The notes beneath the pieces were generated by a model. The model was not told the origin of the DNA. It did no database searches and was given only the letters and a program-made list of their open reading frames with translations. Shown here in pieces: positions 27,415 to 36,864 of a stretch of DNA of 64,000 nucleotides (within the stretch, counting starts at the first letter, position 1; each line of letters starts with the position of its first letter). The translations under genes were made by a program, and so were the position numbers. Source of the DNA: an uncultured Candidatus Saccharibacteria bacterium (GTDB lineage: Bacteria; Patescibacteriota; Minisyncoccia; Phycocordibacterales; UBA2100); assembly GCA_964512835.1 (NCBI GenBank), contig CAZELA010000002.1, positions 28,603 to 92,602 of the forward strand, given 5' to 3'.

Positions 27415-28635
27415 ATGATCCTTCTCTCGCTTATTTCCTACGTCCTCGTACAGACGCTGGGGTTATTCATCGCATTCGCGGCAGCTGCGGTGCTTTTGTA
27501 TATGATTCTGCGGCGGTTTCATTCTCGAGCTATCACACTTACGTTGTGTGCGGTGTTCATCGGTATATCAATATTCTTTTACGTACCGAACGGTTTACCC
27601 AGCGGCTTTGAGTACGCCGCGTATCGCGCTACGTACGGACCCGCCGGAAAACCGTCCCTCCCATTCTGGAATGTCATCGCTTTCTTCCGGCACTTCAATG
27701 CATTTGAGCGTGTAGCTGATATCGCACACGACCCGAATCAGGTCGGAGAGCCGATCGCGCGGACCGCGACCAGCACCGTGCATGTCGACATTGTGGCAAA
27801 AGAAGTCATCTCTGAACTCGCGCCGGGTGTGTATCAGAATTTTTGGACCTACAACGGCACGGTGCCCGGCCCGATGGTGCGTGTGCGCGTAGGTGACACC
27901 GTCGTTGTAACGCTGAAGAACGATGAGTCGAGCCTCCACCCGCACACCATAGATTTCCACGCGGTCATCGGACCCGGAGGGGGAGCGGCGGTGCTGCTTG
28001 CGAATCCGGGCGAGACGAAAACGCTCACGTTCACCGCACTGCATCCGGGGCTGTTCGTATACCACTGCGCAGCGCAGAATCCTGCGGTGCACATGGCGCA
28101 TGGCCAGTACGGATTGATCCTTGTCGAACCGGAGACACCGTTGCCGCCGGTCGATCACGAGTACTACGTGATGCAGGGTGAGTTCTACACCACCGGAACG
28201 CTCGGCCAAAAAGGACTGCAAATATTCGATTCAAAAGCGATGCTCGACGGTATTCCGAATTACGTTGTGTTCAACGGCAGAACCGGCGCACTCGCCAAGA
28301 GTCTCAATGCGAAGTCAGGCGAAACCGTGCGCTTCTACGTGGGTAACGGCGGAGTAAATCTGATCTCGTCGTTCCACATCATCGGGACCGTGTTCGATCG
28401 CGTGTGGCAGGAAGGCTCGATCACAAGTCCGCCCGTCACCAACGTGCAAACAACACTCGTTCCGGCAGGTGGTTCAACAGTGGTTGACCTGACGCTGCGG
28501 GTACCGGGGAATTTTGTCCTCGTTGATCACGCGCTCGCGCGCGTAGACAAAGGTGCGTGGGGCGTGCTGCACGTCACCGGCGATCCTGAGCCCGGAGTAT
28601 TCCAGGGCCAAGCGCAGGAGATGAAAGGACACTAG
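27415..28635 (+). CDS. nirK: Copper-containing nitrite reductase (NirK, two-domain multicopper oxidase) with an N-terminal membrane anchor
   Basis: Two N-terminal transmembrane helices. Type 1 and type 2 copper-ligand motifs HTIDFHAV...GGG, LHPGLFVYHCA, HMAHGQYGLILVEP. Confidence 0.8.
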   Translation: MILLSLISYVLVQTLGLFIAFAAAAVLLYMILRRFHSRAITLTLCAVFIGISIFFYVPNGLPSGFEYAAYRATYGPAGKPSLPFWNVIAFFRHFNAFERVADIAHDPNQVGEPIARTATSTVHVDIVAKEVISELAPGVYQNFWTYNGTVPGPMVRVRVGDTVVVTLKNDESSLHPHTIDFHAVIGPGGGAAVLLANPGETKTLTFTALHPGLFVYHCAAQNPAVHMAHGQYGLILVEPETPLPPVDHEYYVMQGEFYTTGTLGQKGLQIFDSKAMLDGIPNYVVFNGRTGALAKSLNAKSGETVRFYVGNGGVNLISSFHIIGTVFDRVWQEGSITSPPVTNVQTTLVPAGGSTVVDLTLRVPGNFVLVDHALARVDKGAWGVLHVTGDPEPGVFQGQAQEMKGH

Positions 28636-28859
28636 CGGCTCTTGAAACGTTCTGCGATTTTTTTCTCGCGGGCACGCTGCTCGGCTGCCAGTTTTTTCTC
28701 GCGTCGGTGTTGCGAGAGCTTTGCGGCGGCATTCGTCGCACCGATGCCGGTAAGCATCGCGAGTCCGTATATAAGGAGTCGTACGAGCAGCCAGACGAAG
28801 GGCATACGACCATTGTAGCCCACCGTCTTCATGGGCTGTTCATTACGCAAGCGCCACAA
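28632..28859 (-). CDS. Small membrane protein
   Basis: One transmembrane helix (FVWLLVRLLIYGLAMLTGIG) and a basic C-terminus. Confidence 0.3.
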   Translation of the reverse strand: MWRLRNEQPMKTVGYNGRMPFVWLLVRLLIYGLAMLTGIGATNAAAKLSQHRREKKLAAEQRAREKKIAERFKSR

Positions 28860-28886
28860 TGGCGGATTATCGATAACATCAGATCT

Positions 28887-29108
28887 ATGGCAGACACAAT
28901 CGTAAATACACCGGCACCAAGCAATGACAGCGGCGCAGCAGGATGGATGGTAGCGATCATTATCCTCCTCGCGGTTCTCGCAGGCGGATTTTATGTCTAT
29001 CGCTATGGCATTGGCCGCGCACCTGCACCTGACACAACGAACATTAATGTAACCGTCCCAAATCCGCTCGGCGGAGGGGGAGCTCCCGAAGGAGGCGCAG
29101 CGCAGTAA
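28887..29108 (+). CDS. Small single-pass membrane protein. Paralog of the gene at 24669..24878.
   Basis: See the paralog comparison above. Followed by a terminator. Confidence 0.5.
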   Translation: MADTIVNTPAPSNDSGAAGWMVAIIILLAVLAGGFYVYRYGIGRAPAPDTTNINVTVPNPLGGGGAPEGGAAQ

Positions 29109-29157
29109 CGTGTACTACGTGGCGCGCCTCACATTCCCGTCATTCGAATAACAGAAC

Positions 29158-29197
29158 AGCCCCGAAGCGATAGCTTCGGGGCTGACTATTTTTTGTG
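29158..29197. terminator. Bidirectional terminator shared by the small membrane gene and ssrA
   Basis: gccccgaagcgatagcttcggggc followed by tgactatttttt. Confidence 0.6.
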
Positions 29198-29585
29198 GAG
29201 GTGCGGGGAATTGAACCCCGGTCCAGAAAATGATTCACAGTCGTATCTACACGGCGTAGGGCATTCGATGTGTTTGAGTGCCGCGCGTTAAGAATGCACA
29301 AGATCGCGCAACACCGGACTCTCTTTCTTTAGGTCTGTGGTCGGAGTGAACCAAAGACCGGATCTGATGTTTATGACGTTCGGTAGCGCGCTATCAGATA
29401 CGCAACGCGCGAACGGTCGCCTGGCTTACGCGAGGACGAAGCCGAGATCCTTCATCTGAATCGGTGAAAGAGTCCCCCCTGCAGTTTTGTTTGCAGTTAG
29501 AATTTGGAACTTTTTAGGAAGTGTCCCACTTCCGCCATGCACAAAAGTAAACTGAATTTCCTGTCGAAGCCGATCACCCCCCACC
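29194..29585 (-). ncRNA. ssrA: tmRNA (SsrA)
   Basis: The reverse complement begins GGGGGGTGATCGGCTTCGACAGG and ends GGACCGGGGTTCAATTCCCCGCACCTCCACA, a tRNA-like 3' end with no encoded CCA. The internal tag reading frame ends ...QMKDLGFVLA-TAA. Adjacent to smpB. Confidence 0.8.
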
Positions 29586-29700
29586 CACGAGCATCTTGCG
29601 ATGCTCACGGGTGGGGACCGGTCGGAAACAGTGTTTGAGTATCGGAACGTGGCGCCGAGTCCCACACAGAGTGGGGGACTCGGCGATTCACTTGAATGAT

Positions 29701-30000
29701 CTATTTGCGCAGGTCGACGTACGGTCCGCGAAAGCGGTCGATTTCCATGTTCCTGCCGTTGGTCTTGTCGGCAACGGCAACAATGTCGTCGAACGACACC
29801 TCGTTGGTGAAGCTCTGATGACCGAAGCCGAAACACACGAGCGTCGAGCGCAATTTCTCGCACACACCGACGACCGATCCTTCATGGACGCGTCCGGTCA
29901 GCGGCTCGATGCCGTGTGACGTGTCGACATTGAACAGTACGTGCTTGCCGTTGAGGTACGCGGTGTTGAGCGCATTCTCGCGGGTAATCCTCTCGGACAT
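29701..30000 (-). CDS. Hypothetical protein
   Basis: 99 aa, no motif recognised. Confidence 0.3.
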   Translation of the reverse strand: MSERITRENALNTAYLNGKHVLFNVDTSHGIEPLTGRVHEGSVVGVCEKLRSTLVCFGFGHQSFTNEVSFDDIVAVADKTNGRNMEIDRFRGPYVDLRK

Positions 30001-30046
30001 GTGGAATGCTCCTTTGATTGTTCCACGTTCCGATACTCAATCGTAT

Positions 30047-30493
30047 TTATGATTCTTTTTTCAAAGAGCGGCGCATCCTGATGTCTTCCTCGCGCTTTTG
30101 AATCGTCTGCCGTTTATCTCCGTGCTTCTTGCCACGGGCGATCGCGATGGAGAGCTTCAAGTTACGTCCTTTATTATACACTGAAAGTGGTACCACTGTC
30201 AAACCTTTTTCGGATTCAGCGCCGCGAATATGGTCGATTTCTTTGCTGTTCAAGAGCAATCGGCGTGATCGCTCGGCGTCATACGTCTTCGGAGCGTTAG
30301 CCGGCTGCCACGCAGGGATGGTCGCGCCCACCAAGTACGCTTCGCCGCCGCGCGCCACAACGCGCGAACCCTTGAGCGAGCCCAAACCCGCGCGCAGCGA
30401 GCGGACTTCGTATCCGAACAATTCCAAGCCGGCCTCGATAGTTTCGAGGATCTGGTAGTCGAATCCGACGCGTTTATTCTCTATCAGCGACAT
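30047..30493 (-). CDS. smpB: SsrA-binding protein SmpB
   Basis: Start trimmed to MSLIENKRVGFDYQILE. GYEVRSLRAG...LVGATI, and a basic C-terminal tail. Confidence 0.85.
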   Translation of the reverse strand: MSLIENKRVGFDYQILETIEAGLELFGYEVRSLRAGLGSLKGSRVVARGGEAYLVGATIPAWQPANAPKTYDAERSRRLLLNSKEIDHIRGAESEKGLTVVPLSVYNKGRNLKLSIAIARGKKHGDKRQTIQKREEDIRMRRSLKKES

Positions 30494-30597
30494 CCGCATA
30501 CTATATAGTACGGAGGTCCAAAAAGACCACTTGGGGGCGTGTGAGCCCGAGGTCATATTTCTTTCATAAAGGGCTCGTTACTGTATACTCTCCCGAT

Positions 30598-32511
30598 ATG
30601 GCAAACCCCGAAAAGAATAAAAAACAGAAAGAAAAAGCCCCCGAAGGGCCGAATCTGTTCACGCAACTCGCGGTCGCGTTCGCGGTATTTCTTGTTATCA
30701 CGATCGGCTATTCATTCGCGCGTCAGTACGTGCTGAAGCCCGATGTAAACGTGCCGCTTTCACAGATCGCGGCTGACATCACGAACGGTTCCGTAAAGTC
30801 GCTTGTGGTGCAGGGCGACAAGATCATAGCGACCTACGGCGACGAATCCGTAAAGAACTCGCGCAAAGAGGCCGAAGCATCGCTCGTAGAAACCCTTGCC
30901 GCATACAGCATTCCGGCGGAGGCGCTCGCTGCGGTAAAGATCGATATTCAGGATGAGAGCGGTTTCCGTTTCTGGTTCCTCACGCTCGCGCCGATTCTTG
31001 TACCCGCACTGCTCTTGTTCGGTGTCATTTGGTATCTCTCGAGACAGCTGAAGGGGGGAGGTATGCAGGCGTTCTCGTTCGGACGCTCGATGGCGCGACT
31101 CATGCGTCCGGAAGACGCGCAGAAGGTCACGTTCGCCGATGTCGCGGGCGCCAAGGAAGCAAAAGTAGAACTGACCGAGATCGTCGACTTTTTGAAAAAT
31201 CCTAAGAAATTTATCCAGATCGGCGCACGCATCCCGAAGGGAGTACTGCTTATGGGTTCTCCGGGTACGGGCAAAACATTACTCGCGCGCGCAGTTGCGG
31301 GTGAAGCAGGCGTGCCGTTCTTCTCGATATCCGGTTCTGAATTTGTGGAAATGTTCGTGGGTGTGGGAGCCTCACGTGTGCGCGATCTGTTCCAGACTGC
31401 AAAGAAATCCGCACCGGCGATTATTTTCATGGACGAGATCGACGCGGTTGGCCGCGTTCGCGGGTCCGGTGTCGGCGGGGGAAACGACGAGCGCGAACAG
31501 ACACTCAACCAGATCCTCGTGGAAATGGACGGCTTCGAGCCGAATGAGTCGGTGATCGTAATGGCAGCCACCAACCGACCCGATGTACTCGACCCCGCGC
31601 TCTTGCGACCGGGACGATTCGATCGTCGTGTCACGATCGATCCGCCGGATCGCAAAGACCGCGAAGACATTCTTACAATCCACGCACGCAAGAAGCCGCT
31701 CGGACCGGATGTAAAGATCGCCGTGATCGCGGAGCGCACGCCCGGTTTCTCGGGTGCGGACCTCGCAAATCTCATGAACGAAGCAGCGATCCTCGCCGCA
31801 CGCGAAGATCGCAAAGAGATTACGCAGTACGACCTCATTCGTTCGATCGAAAAAGTCATGCTCGGTCCCGAACGACGCTCGCATGTGCTCAATAAAATGG
31901 AGAAGGAAATTACCGCGTACCACGAAGCGGGACACGCGCTCGTCGCTTCCGTTTTGCCGTATGCGGATCCGGTGCACAAGATCTCGATCATCAGTCGCGG
32001 TCGCGCTGCCGGCTACACGCTCAAGCTCCCGCTTGAAGAGCGCAAAATGCAGTCACGAAAAGAGTTCCTCGACGATATCGCGGTCAGCCTCGGCGGCTTC
32101 GTTGCCGAGAAGCTCGTATACGACGACGTGACGACCGGCGCATCGAACGACCTGCAGGTACTCACGAATCTTGCGCGCAACATGGTCGCTCGGTGGGGTA
32201 TGTCGGAAAAGATGGGCCCCATCGCATTTGCGGCTTCCGCACAGCGCGCACTGTTCGGTGAAGGGGTTGATAGCGAAGTCTCCGAAGAGGTTGCATCGCA
32301 CATCGACGAAGAAGTGAAAAAGATCATCACCGGTGCGCATCATGTCGCGACCGACGTAATCACCAAACACCGCAAGGTACTCGACGCAATCGCAAAGCGC
32401 CTCATGGAGGTCGAGACGATCGAACGCGAAGAATTCGAGCAGATGCTCGTGCTGCACGGCATTGCTCCGAAGAAAAAGGAAGACCTGGAGCTCGTAGGGC
32501 TCGCACAATAA
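30598..32511 (+). CDS. ftsH: ATP-dependent zinc metalloprotease FtsH
   Basis: N-terminal transmembrane pair, AAA Walker [12 protein letters not shown] region, HEAGH zinc motif. Confidence 0.95.
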   Translation: MANPEKNKKQKEKAPEGPNLFTQLAVAFAVFLVITIGYSFARQYVLKPDVNVPLSQIAADITNGSVKSLVVQGDKIIATYGDESVKNSRKEAEASLVETLAAYSIPAEALAAVKIDIQDESGFRFWFLTLAPILVPALLLFGVIWYLSRQLKGGGMQAFSFGRSMARLMRPEDAQKVTFADVAGAKEAKVELTEIVDFLKNPKKFIQIGARIPKGVLLMGSPGTGKTLLARAVAGEAGVPFFSISGSEFVEMFVGVGASRVRDLFQTAKKSAPAIIFMDEIDAVGRVRGSGVGGGNDEREQTLNQILVEMDGFEPNESVIVMAATNRPDVLDPALLRPGRFDRRVTIDPPDRKDREDILTIHARKKPLGPDVKIAVIAERTPGFSGADLANLMNEAAILAAREDRKEITQYDLIRSIEKVMLGPERRSHVLNKMEKEITAYHEAGHALVASVLPYADPVHKISIISRGRAAGYTLKLPLEERKMQSRKEFLDDIAVSLGGFVAEKLVYDDVTTGASNDLQVLTNLARNMVARWGMSEKMGPIAFAASAQRALFGEGVDSEVSEEVASHIDEEVKKIITGAHHVATDVITKHRKVLDAIAKRLMEVETIEREEFEQMLVLHGIAPKKKEDLELVGLAQ

Positions 32512-32513
32512 AA

Positions 32514-32546
32514 GAAGATCACCGGCCGAAAGGTCGGTGATCTCGT
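32514..32546. terminator. Bidirectional terminator
   Basis: aagatcaccggccgaaaggtcggtgatct. Confidence 0.55.
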
Positions 32547-32559
32547 TGTGGGGCAGTCG

Positions 32560-32790
32560 TTAACCGCCGCCGCATCCGCCGGAAGGCGAGGGCATGCATT
32601 TGCCTTTGCGCAATCCGCGGATGTATTTGTGCGCCGGCATGCCCATAATGCGTGTCGTTTTCGACCGCACACTGATTGTGTGGCACGTCTGTGTGCCGTA
32701 CTGATCGGTCGAGCAAAACGTGCGCGTGACTGCAGAGGCATCCGCAGCTGCGATGAAACAGAAGACGATGGCGTATGTGATGCAACGCAT
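32560..32790 (-). CDS. Small secreted Cys/Gly-rich peptide (76 aa)
   Basis: AGGAG ribosome-binding site 6 nt upstream of the ATG. Signal peptide MRCITYAIVFCFIAAADASA. Four Cys in the mature part and a GGCGGG tail. Confidence 0.35.
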   Translation of the reverse strand: MRCITYAIVFCFIAAADASAVTRTFCSTDQYGTQTCHTISVRSKTTRIMGMPAHKYIRGLRKGKCMPSPSGGCGGG

Positions 32791-32897
32791 TCGATGCTCC
32801 TCGGGTATGTGACGATGGCCGAACCGTTCACATCCGACCACATATAGACACTTATCGCAAGTCGAACGGTGAGGTAGGCTCGCGGGAGCCAGTTCAC

Positions 32898-34322
32898 ATG
32901 GTTGGAGGTGATGCTATGCTTTTGCGCATGATGAAATACGTGACGATCTCAGGACTGATCGCGACCCATGATAAAAAGCCGTTCCACGGCACGATCCGGA
33001 TCGACAGAAAGACCGGTCTCATCACGAGAGTCACCAAGAAACTTGATCGGAAAGCCGATCACTTCTATACGGATGACTTTGTGATCTTTGCGGGATTCTC
33101 CGATATTCACATCCATGCTCGCGAAGATAAAACCGAAGCTCAGTGCTACAAGGAGGACTACTCGACCGCATCCGACGCGGCGCTCCACGGCGGTGTCGTG
33201 TGTGCGTGCGCAATGCCGAATACGCCGGAAACGGTCGTGACGTTGTCGCGGTTTACGTGGCATCGCAACCGTATCCGAGCGCTCAACAAGCCCGTCACGA
33301 TGCTGAATTATCTGGGTATCGACAAGAATACAAAGCCCATCGGTAAGCCCGGTGAGCATATGTACAAGTTGTACTTCGGAAAATCCGTCGGCGACCTGAC
33401 GGTCACGTACGGCGAAGAGCTCGAAGAAATTCTGGCTCGCTACAAAGGGCACTACATATCGTTCCATGTCGAGTACGAACCGATCGTGCAGGCGTCTCTC
33501 TCGGGCAAAACGCACAGCGATCGCCGGCCGGTCGCAGCGGTCAACGAAGGATTGCGCATCCTGCTCCCGCTCATCAAGAAGTACAAGATCAAGGCGAAAC
33601 TCTGCCATTGGTCGACCGGCGGCAAGAGTTTCGAGATGATCACCGAGTATAGAAAACAGGGATGCGACATCGTGCTCGAGGTCTCTCCGTTGCATCTGTT
33701 GTTCGACACATCCATGACCGACGAGGATCCGGAGTTGTGGACGAAGATACAAATGAACCCCGCGATCCAAGCCCCCGAGCATCGCAAAGCGCTCATACGG
33801 GGACTGAAAGACGGATTCATTCAATTCATCGCCACGGACCACGCGCCGCACACGGAAGAAGAAAAGTTCTCGGCCTTCAAAAAGTACATGTCCGAATACG
33901 GCGGTACGGATCCCATCGAGACTGCGGCGAATATCAAGCGCAAGGACACGGCGCTGTTCCGTAAGATCTGCGAAGAAAATAACCACTCAGGTGCACCGTG
34001 GCTCGATACCTACGGGCTCGTGTGTACGTGGCTGATGAAAGTGCACGCATTCACGCCGCAGGATATTGCCCGAGTGTCGGCATACCTGCCCGGTGCGTTC
34101 GTGAACCGATTCCTGAAAACGCAGTTTCCGAAACAGAACTTCGGCAAAGGGTTCGGCCAGATCAAACAGGGATTTGTGGGATCGCTTACGGTCCTGAATG
34201 TGAAAACCGAGACAACGGTACGACGCGAAGACCTGAAGACGAAAGTCAGGTGGTCCGCGCTCGAGGGCCGTGCTCTGCCTGGTGCAGTTGCGGCAGTGTT
34301 CGTGCGGGGAAGCAAGTACTAA
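32898..34322 (+). CDS. pyrC: Dihydroorotase-like cyclic amidohydrolase
   Basis: DIHIHARED, MPNTPE, ATDHAPH metal-ligand motifs. Start uncertain among Mets at 32898 to 32931. Confidence 0.65.
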   Translation: MVGGDAMLLRMMKYVTISGLIATHDKKPFHGTIRIDRKTGLITRVTKKLDRKADHFYTDDFVIFAGFSDIHIHAREDKTEAQCYKEDYSTASDAALHGGVVCACAMPNTPETVVTLSRFTWHRNRIRALNKPVTMLNYLGIDKNTKPIGKPGEHMYKLYFGKSVGDLTVTYGEELEEILARYKGHYISFHVEYEPIVQASLSGKTHSDRRPVAAVNEGLRILLPLIKKYKIKAKLCHWSTGGKSFEMITEYRKQGCDIVLEVSPLHLLFDTSMTDEDPELWTKIQMNPAIQAPEHRKALIRGLKDGFIQFIATDHAPHTEEEKFSAFKKYMSEYGGTDPIETAANIKRKDTALFRKICEENNHSGAPWLDTYGLVCTWLMKVHAFTPQDIARVSAYLPGAFVNRFLKTQFPKQNFGKGFGQIKQGFVGSLTVLNVKTETTVRREDLKTKVRWSALEGRALPGAVAAVFVRGSKY

Positions 34323-34387
34323 CGACGCTCATTGACGGGGAGCATGCCGAGGTGGCATGCTCCCCGCAGTCTTTGGAGGAAGAGGTA

Positions 34388-34984
34388 ATGCCTGACTATT
34401 ACTACTATGCCGCAACGGCCCTGACACTGGTCGCGGCGTTCGTGATTCGTAGCTTCTACGACCTTCGGTATCCGTTCCGGGGTAAGGAATGCACGATCGG
34501 CAAAGAACAGGTGTACGCGAACGTATTCGGTGCCTCGTCGTGTATCGGATTCTTGGCACTGTTTTGGTGGGTAGATGAGCTGCACATGGGGCTGCGACCC
34601 TTTGCGGATGCGCTTGTTCGGAGTGTCGGCGTCGCCGTTGCGGTCTGCTCGGCGATTATGATGACCTGGCCGCGTGTTCAGCGAGGACGAAGAGAATTCT
34701 GGGGAGGGCCGAAAGTCGAGCCTGAGTGGTTTGTGGCACATGTGCTGACGACAACAGGGGCGTATCGGATGATTCGTCACCCGTACTATCTGGGCGTCAT
34801 ACTCACCACGGTTGCGACGAGCCTCACCGCAGCGAGCTACGCGGTCTGTATCATTCCGCTCGTGAGTTACTTTGTGATGCGCAACAGCGCGATCGAAGAG
34901 GAGCGGCTGCTCACGCGCACCTACGGTGATTCGTATCGGGAGTACGCAAGCAGATCGTGGCGGCTTATTCCGCTGATCGACTGA
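34388..34984 (+). CDS. Isoprenylcysteine carboxyl methyltransferase (ICMT/PEMT) family membrane methyltransferase
   Basis: Start trimmed to MPDYYYYAA. C-terminal RHPYYLGVIL...EEERL signature. Confidence 0.6.
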   Translation: MPDYYYYAATALTLVAAFVIRSFYDLRYPFRGKECTIGKEQVYANVFGASSCIGFLALFWWVDELHMGLRPFADALVRSVGVAVAVCSAIMMTWPRVQRGRREFWGGPKVEPEWFVAHVLTTTGAYRMIRHPYYLGVILTTVATSLTAASYAVCIIPLVSYFVMRNSAIEEERLLTRTYGDSYREYASRSWRLIPLID

Positions 34985-35001
34985 TCATAGAGAGGGAACA
35001 G

Positions 35002-35412
35002 ATGGACGAGTACGTCGTCGAACTGTTCCGTTTTCTGGAACAGTACGAACCGATGCGATTTTTGGGAGCGAGCGGAGTATCGGGCGCGGTGTTTGCGAGC
35101 GTGTACTTTCCCCTGCAGTGGTTTACTCGCGTGCATTACCGCAAGAGTCTGTACATTGCGTTCGTGCCGTCGCTCATCGTGGGCTTCCTGCTGCACAAAT
35201 ATTTCACGTTCCGCGTTCACGGAGAACACTGGGTGTGGCTGCAGATGTCGCTCTACACGATCAAGCGCTTCGTGTTCATACGCATAAATGAGTATGTGCT
35301 GATACGGCTCGTCGAGCGGCACGGCTTCAACACGACGGTCGGGCAGATCGTGGTGGCAGTTGCCGGATTTGCCCTCAATTACCTCGTCACGAAACTGATC
35401 TTTAGTATCTAA
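35002..35412 (+). CDS. GtrA-family membrane protein
   Basis: FLGASGVSGAVFASVYFPL and four transmembrane segments typical of GtrA. Confidence 0.55.
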   Translation: MDEYVVELFRFLEQYEPMRFLGASGVSGAVFASVYFPLQWFTRVHYRKSLYIAFVPSLIVGFLLHKYFTFRVHGEHWVWLQMSLYTIKRFVFIRINEYVLIRLVERHGFNTTVGQIVVAVAGFALNYLVTKLIFSI

Positions 35413-35440
35413 ACCCCGGCCGCGTGCCGGGGTTTTCGCT

Positions 35441-36616
35441 TTGGTATACTTCGCAGCCATGGCCACACCCAACAAGAACAAGCTTACTAAGCAGGCATTA
35501 GCACTCCACAAAAAGATCGGCGGCAAGATCCGCATTGTCCCCGCTGTGCCCGTTCGTAATCGCGCCGACCTTTCGCTCGTGTATACGCCCGGCGTCGGTT
35601 ACGTATCAAGTCACGTGGCAAAGAATCCGAAAAGTGCCCGCGAGCTCACGATGAAGGGTCGCATGATCGCGGTCGTCTCCGACGGATCTGCAGTACTTGG
35701 CTTAGGAAATATCGGCGCACTTGGTGCGCTCCCGGTCATGGAGGGCAAGGCGGCACTCTTTAAGACATTCGCTGATGTTGATGCGGTGCCGATCGTGCTC
35801 GATACGCAAGATGCCGATGAGATCGTGGAGACGGTCATCCGCATTGCTCCGGGGTTTGGTGGTATCAATCTCGAAGACATCGCGGCGCCGAAATGTTTCG
35901 AGATCGAACAGCGACTCATCGAGGCGCTTGATATCCCGGTCATGCACGACGATCAGCACGGTACGGCGATTGTGGTACTTGCCGGCCTTATTAATGCGAT
36001 GAAGGTCGTCAAAAAAGATATTCAGAAATCACGCATCGTCGTTGCGGGTGTAGGGGCCGCCGGCGTGGCGACCATGCGACTCATCAAAAAATACGCGCCC
36101 AAGGCCGTGATATTCGCGGTGGATAGCCAGGGAATTGTGGGGCACAGTCGCATCGATCTCAATGCGACGAAGGCGGCACTTCTTTCCGACGGCATCATCG
36201 ACGGCTCGCTCGAAGGGTCTCTCGGGGTTGCGCTCACGGGGAGCGATGCGTTTCTTGGTGTTTCGCAGCCCGGCGTTATTACCGCCGAGATGATCAAGAC
36301 TATGCGCAAAGACGCAATCGTATTTGCTATGGCGAATCCGACTCCGGAGATCATGCCCGACGAAGCCAAGAAGGGCGGGGCGGCGGTCATTGCGACCGGG
36401 CGCTCGGATTTCCCGAATCAGATCAACAACTCGCTCGCATTCCCGGGAGTCTTTCGCGGGGCGCTCGACAACAAGGTGCGCAAAATAACCGACGACATGA
36501 AAATAAAGGCGGCCAAAGCAATCGCGGCATTCGTAAAGAAACCGACGGCAACCAAGATTGTTCCCGACATGTTCGACAAGGCCGTACCGAAGGCGGTGGC
36601 GAAATCCATCAAATAA
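35441..36616 (+). CDS. NAD(P)-dependent malic enzyme (short form)
   Basis: LSLVYTPGVGYVS, AVVSDGSAVLGLGNIG, GINLEDI, VVAGVGAAG. Confidence 0.85.
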   Translation: MVYFAAMATPNKNKLTKQALALHKKIGGKIRIVPAVPVRNRADLSLVYTPGVGYVSSHVAKNPKSARELTMKGRMIAVVSDGSAVLGLGNIGALGALPVMEGKAALFKTFADVDAVPIVLDTQDADEIVETVIRIAPGFGGINLEDIAAPKCFEIEQRLIEALDIPVMHDDQHGTAIVVLAGLINAMKVVKKDIQKSRIVVAGVGAAGVATMRLIKKYAPKAVIFAVDSQGIVGHSRIDLNATKAALLSDGIIDGSLEGSLGVALTGSDAFLGVSQPGVITAEMIKTMRKDAIVFAMANPTPEIMPDEAKKGGAAVIATGRSDFPNQINNSLAFPGVFRGALDNKVRKITDDMKIKAAKAIAAFVKKPTATKIVPDMFDKAVPKAVAKSIK

Positions 36617-36634
36617 GGCGTGTACAATTGAGCC

Positions 36635-36856
36635 ATGGACGTAAAACAACTCGAACAGAAGCTCCGACTGGAAAGTGATCTGCTGGCAAAGAACGAGCAG
36701 GAGCTTTTAATGCTCATGCGCAAGGTCAACGATCTGAAGCGCAAGATCCCGGAAGGGAAGCGCAAAGTGGAGGGTCTCAAGCGTGACATGCTTGCGCAGG
36801 CTGCTCTCACGCGTCGTCGGCAGACGGCGGCAGAGCAGGGCAAGAACACTACCTGA
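36635..36856 (+). CDS. Small coiled-coil protein
   Basis: Lys/Glu/Leu heptad-like composition. 73 aa. Confidence 0.3.
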   Translation: MDVKQLEQKLRLESDLLAKNEQELLMLMRKVNDLKRKIPEGKRKVEGLKRDMLAQAALTRRRQTAAEQGKNTT

Positions 36857-36864
36857 GTTCCTCT

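Noticed and set aside
29426-29863. A 145-aa ORF on the minus strand in the ORF track
   Set aside because: It is the tmRNA gene. The C-terminus of the ORF (...QMKDLGFVLA) is simply the tmRNA tag reading frame, and the rest overlaps tmRNA structural domains.
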